DNA of 14,967 nucleotides from a virus: UHGV virus genome UHGV-1809322; one strand, 5' to 3'. Shown piece by piece: positions 13,330 to 14,967 of this stretch (position 1 is its first letter; each line of letters starts with the position of its first letter). The notes under the pieces were generated by a model. It saw only the letters and a program-made list of their open reading frames with translations, ran no database searches and was not told where the DNA came from. The position numbers and the translations under genes were made by a program.

Positions 13330-13830
13330 ATGAGCAGTCCAGGGCATTTTAACTCACGCGGTAACGTGGGATATCTCAAAGAAAAGTACGACCGCAACCG
13401 CATGGCGGGCGAAAAGCTGATTGGCGCTGAATTTGAGCTGACCATTCGCGGATACGCCAATTTATCTATTCTCGTGCGCACAACACAGTACCCAGAGATG
13501 GCACGTCAGGACGTTGAAGATACCGGTCCTATGGGACTGTTATTCAACCAGCACGGCGTGTTGAAAAACAGTGGTGAAATCCAGGTTCAGTGTGTCGAAA
13601 CCATCACCGGTGAGGTGGCGGCGATGGTCATTGAGATCGTTAAAACCAAGAAATATGTGGATATGACGATTAAATCGACGCCGGAATCATTGTCTGGCAG
13701 TGGTGCTGCGTCGCTCATTCGCGAGTTGAGTGATTGTAAGATCTACTGTGACCAGGTTGATCTGGCAACAGAAGACAATACCGCTCTGGTACGCCCTGGC
13801 TTACGCATTGTCTACAACTGGGTTCAATAA
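13330..13830 (+). CDS. Hypothetical structural-module protein (166 aa)
   Basis: Good SD (GAGAGG, ~6 nt spacing). Stop overlaps the next start (TAATG). Confidence 0.6.
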   Translation: MSSPGHFNSRGNVGYLKEKYDRNRMAGEKLIGAEFELTIRGYANLSILVRTTQYPEMARQDVEDTGPMGLLFNQHGVLKNSGEIQVQCVETITGEVAAMVIEIVKTKKYVDMTIKSTPESLSGSGAASLIRELSDCKIYCDQVDLATEDNTALVRPGLRIVYNWVQ

Positions 13831-14390
13831 TGACACCACGCGAACTACTGGATGATGTGATCGGTCGGTTCCCCGTGTTGCTACACGACGATGATGACGC
13901 CCTGCGGCGTCTTCTCGTCCAAGCCCTGGGAACATACCAGGATCGGGCGGGTGTAATTCGCACCGTTCTTCTGGAGCGTGGTTTGGGGGAGTCAGCTCGC
14001 GAACTGCCTGATGATTTCCTCTATCAGGTTGGTGTGTGTGACAGTCTGGACGGTTTCATTTGCTCGTCAGTTATTGATGGAAAACTGGAACTGGAGTTGT
14101 GCGGTTGCATCAACTGGCCTCTTAAATTCCGGTACCTGGTCAATCTCCGTGAGATGGATATCGAAACCGGTACAGTTCCGCCAAATATTATCGGCATGGT
14201 TTCGAATTATCTGGAAATCCTGATAAAGATCCCCAACACGGACCGCCTGCGCACTGTCTCTATCGCCGGGAAACTGGACGTCTCCACACTACCGGATGAC
14301 GCGACGCTCTATGAGCGTAAAACCCAGCTCGAAAACGATATGGCCAACCTTCGCGCCATCCTCCCCATGTTTTCAATCTACCCATACTGA
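13830..14390 (+). CDS. Hypothetical structural-module protein (186 aa)
   Basis: Start overlaps the previous stop (TAATG translational coupling). Acidic N-terminal region. Confidence 0.55.
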   Translation: MTPRELLDDVIGRFPVLLHDDDDALRRLLVQALGTYQDRAGVIRTVLLERGLGESARELPDDFLYQVGVCDSLDGFICSSVIDGKLELELCGCINWPLKFRYLVNLREMDIETGTVPPNIIGMVSNYLEILIKIPNTDRLRTVSIAGKLDVSTLPDDATLYERKTQLENDMANLRAILPMFSIYPY

Positions 14391-14398
14391 GGGGCGCT

Positions 14399-14950
14399 AT
14401 GGCGACGACAGGCGGTTCTACTCTTTTTTCAGCTACCCCTACAGCAGAACAGCTGTTTCTGAAACAGTTGTCGCATCGACTGGTACACGCACGATTCGCA
14501 CAGGGTTGGGAGTGGGCCATTGTCGTTGATGCGTTCCCTGACATGGATTTCTATGCCAAAGACGTTACATACCCGATCGGTGCTGTGGAAGTTGATGAGA
14601 AAAATATTGGCTCTGGCTTCATCAACAAACCCAGTCGGCGCAATAGCGGCGCACTAACAATGGTCGTCCGGGATACGAAGGAAGGCCTGGTTTTGACCTG
14701 GGCGCGCAACGCAATGAATCGCGTAACGAACAAAGACGGCACCGTTAACCTTCCAGCCGCCTATCTCCAGACTATACGCATGTTTCATATCGTTGATGGA
14801 GCACTGATGCCCGAATCTGTTCACCTGGTAATCCCTACAGAAATCGGTGATATTACACGGGCGCGCGACCAGGTGACAGAGTTCCACACATTCCCCATCA
14901 CATTTACACGATACACATCATTTGAAACTCTCGAATTGGGGTTAGCGTAA
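14399..14950 (+). CDS. Hypothetical structural-module protein (183 aa); weak resemblance to tail-tube proteins
   Basis: Good SD (GAGGGG, ~5 nt spacing). Internal segment GFINKPSRRNSGALTMVVRDTKEGLVLTWARNAMN loosely matches a pattern I recall from a T4-type tail tube protein (low certainty). Confidence 0.5.
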   Translation: MATTGGSTLFSATPTAEQLFLKQLSHRLVHARFAQGWEWAIVVDAFPDMDFYAKDVTYPIGAVEVDEKNIGSGFINKPSRRNSGALTMVVRDTKEGLVLTWARNAMNRVTNKDGTVNLPAAYLQTIRMFHIVDGALMPESVHLVIPTEIGDITRARDQVTEFHTFPITFTRYTSFETLELGLA

Positions 14951-14967
14951 TGCCTATTGCTGAATTT
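14950..14967 (+). CDS. Start of a further operon gene (MPIAEF…), 3'-truncated by the window end
   Basis: ATG at 14950 overlaps the preceding TAA (TAATG), the same coupling geometry as at 13830. Confidence 0.35.

Noticed and set aside
1-14967. Assigning the window to bacteriophage P1 itself (dmt, kilA, immunity-region-like organisation)
   Set aside because: Gene order does not match my recollection of P1 (no repL after the kilA-like gene; the methyltransferase is adjacent to the antirepressor region) and the MTase is larger than P1 Dmt. At most a distantly related or mosaic element, and unverifiable without a database search.

Overview
This 14,967-bp window reads like part of a temperate phage or phage-plasmid from an enterobacterial-type host; no rRNA, tRNA, CRISPR array, transposase or integrase was recognised. 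Layout: (i) bases 1-15 are an untrimmed Illumina adapter tail; (ii) 16-2316 (+) is the 3' portion of a large fused DNA methyltransferase, with C5-cytosine motifs VI, VIII, IX and X, an unusually long variable region, and a C-terminal Dam-like N6-adenine domain, followed by a clean intrinsic terminator; (iii) 2317-7126 is an accessory/regulatory island; (iv) 7127-14967 (+) is a tightly packed operon of nine or more genes that looks like a virion structural module. The island holds a small SD-driven hydrophobic peptide ORF missing from the ORF track, a ~560-bp non-coding stretch carrying two identical 22-bp direct repeats and a bidirectional terminator, a two-gene minus-strand operon ending in a KilA/antirepressor-like protein whose leader carries three GGTTGCAAYC motifs, and two signal-peptide proteins on the minus strand. 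One of these is a 509-aa protein with a (Leu-Pro-Asn)n tandem repeat and Gly/Ala-rich hydrophobic segments; the other is a 197-aa protein with a papain-like Cys/His signature. This secreted pair plus its RNA-structured neighbourhood is the best candidate here for an undescribed system (superinfection exclusion, envelope-acting toxin, or lysis/entry). The structural operon includes a PAAR-like protein, a putative contractile sheath and a protein with an acidic core and polybasic tail. All functional calls are from motif reading by eye; no database search was possible.
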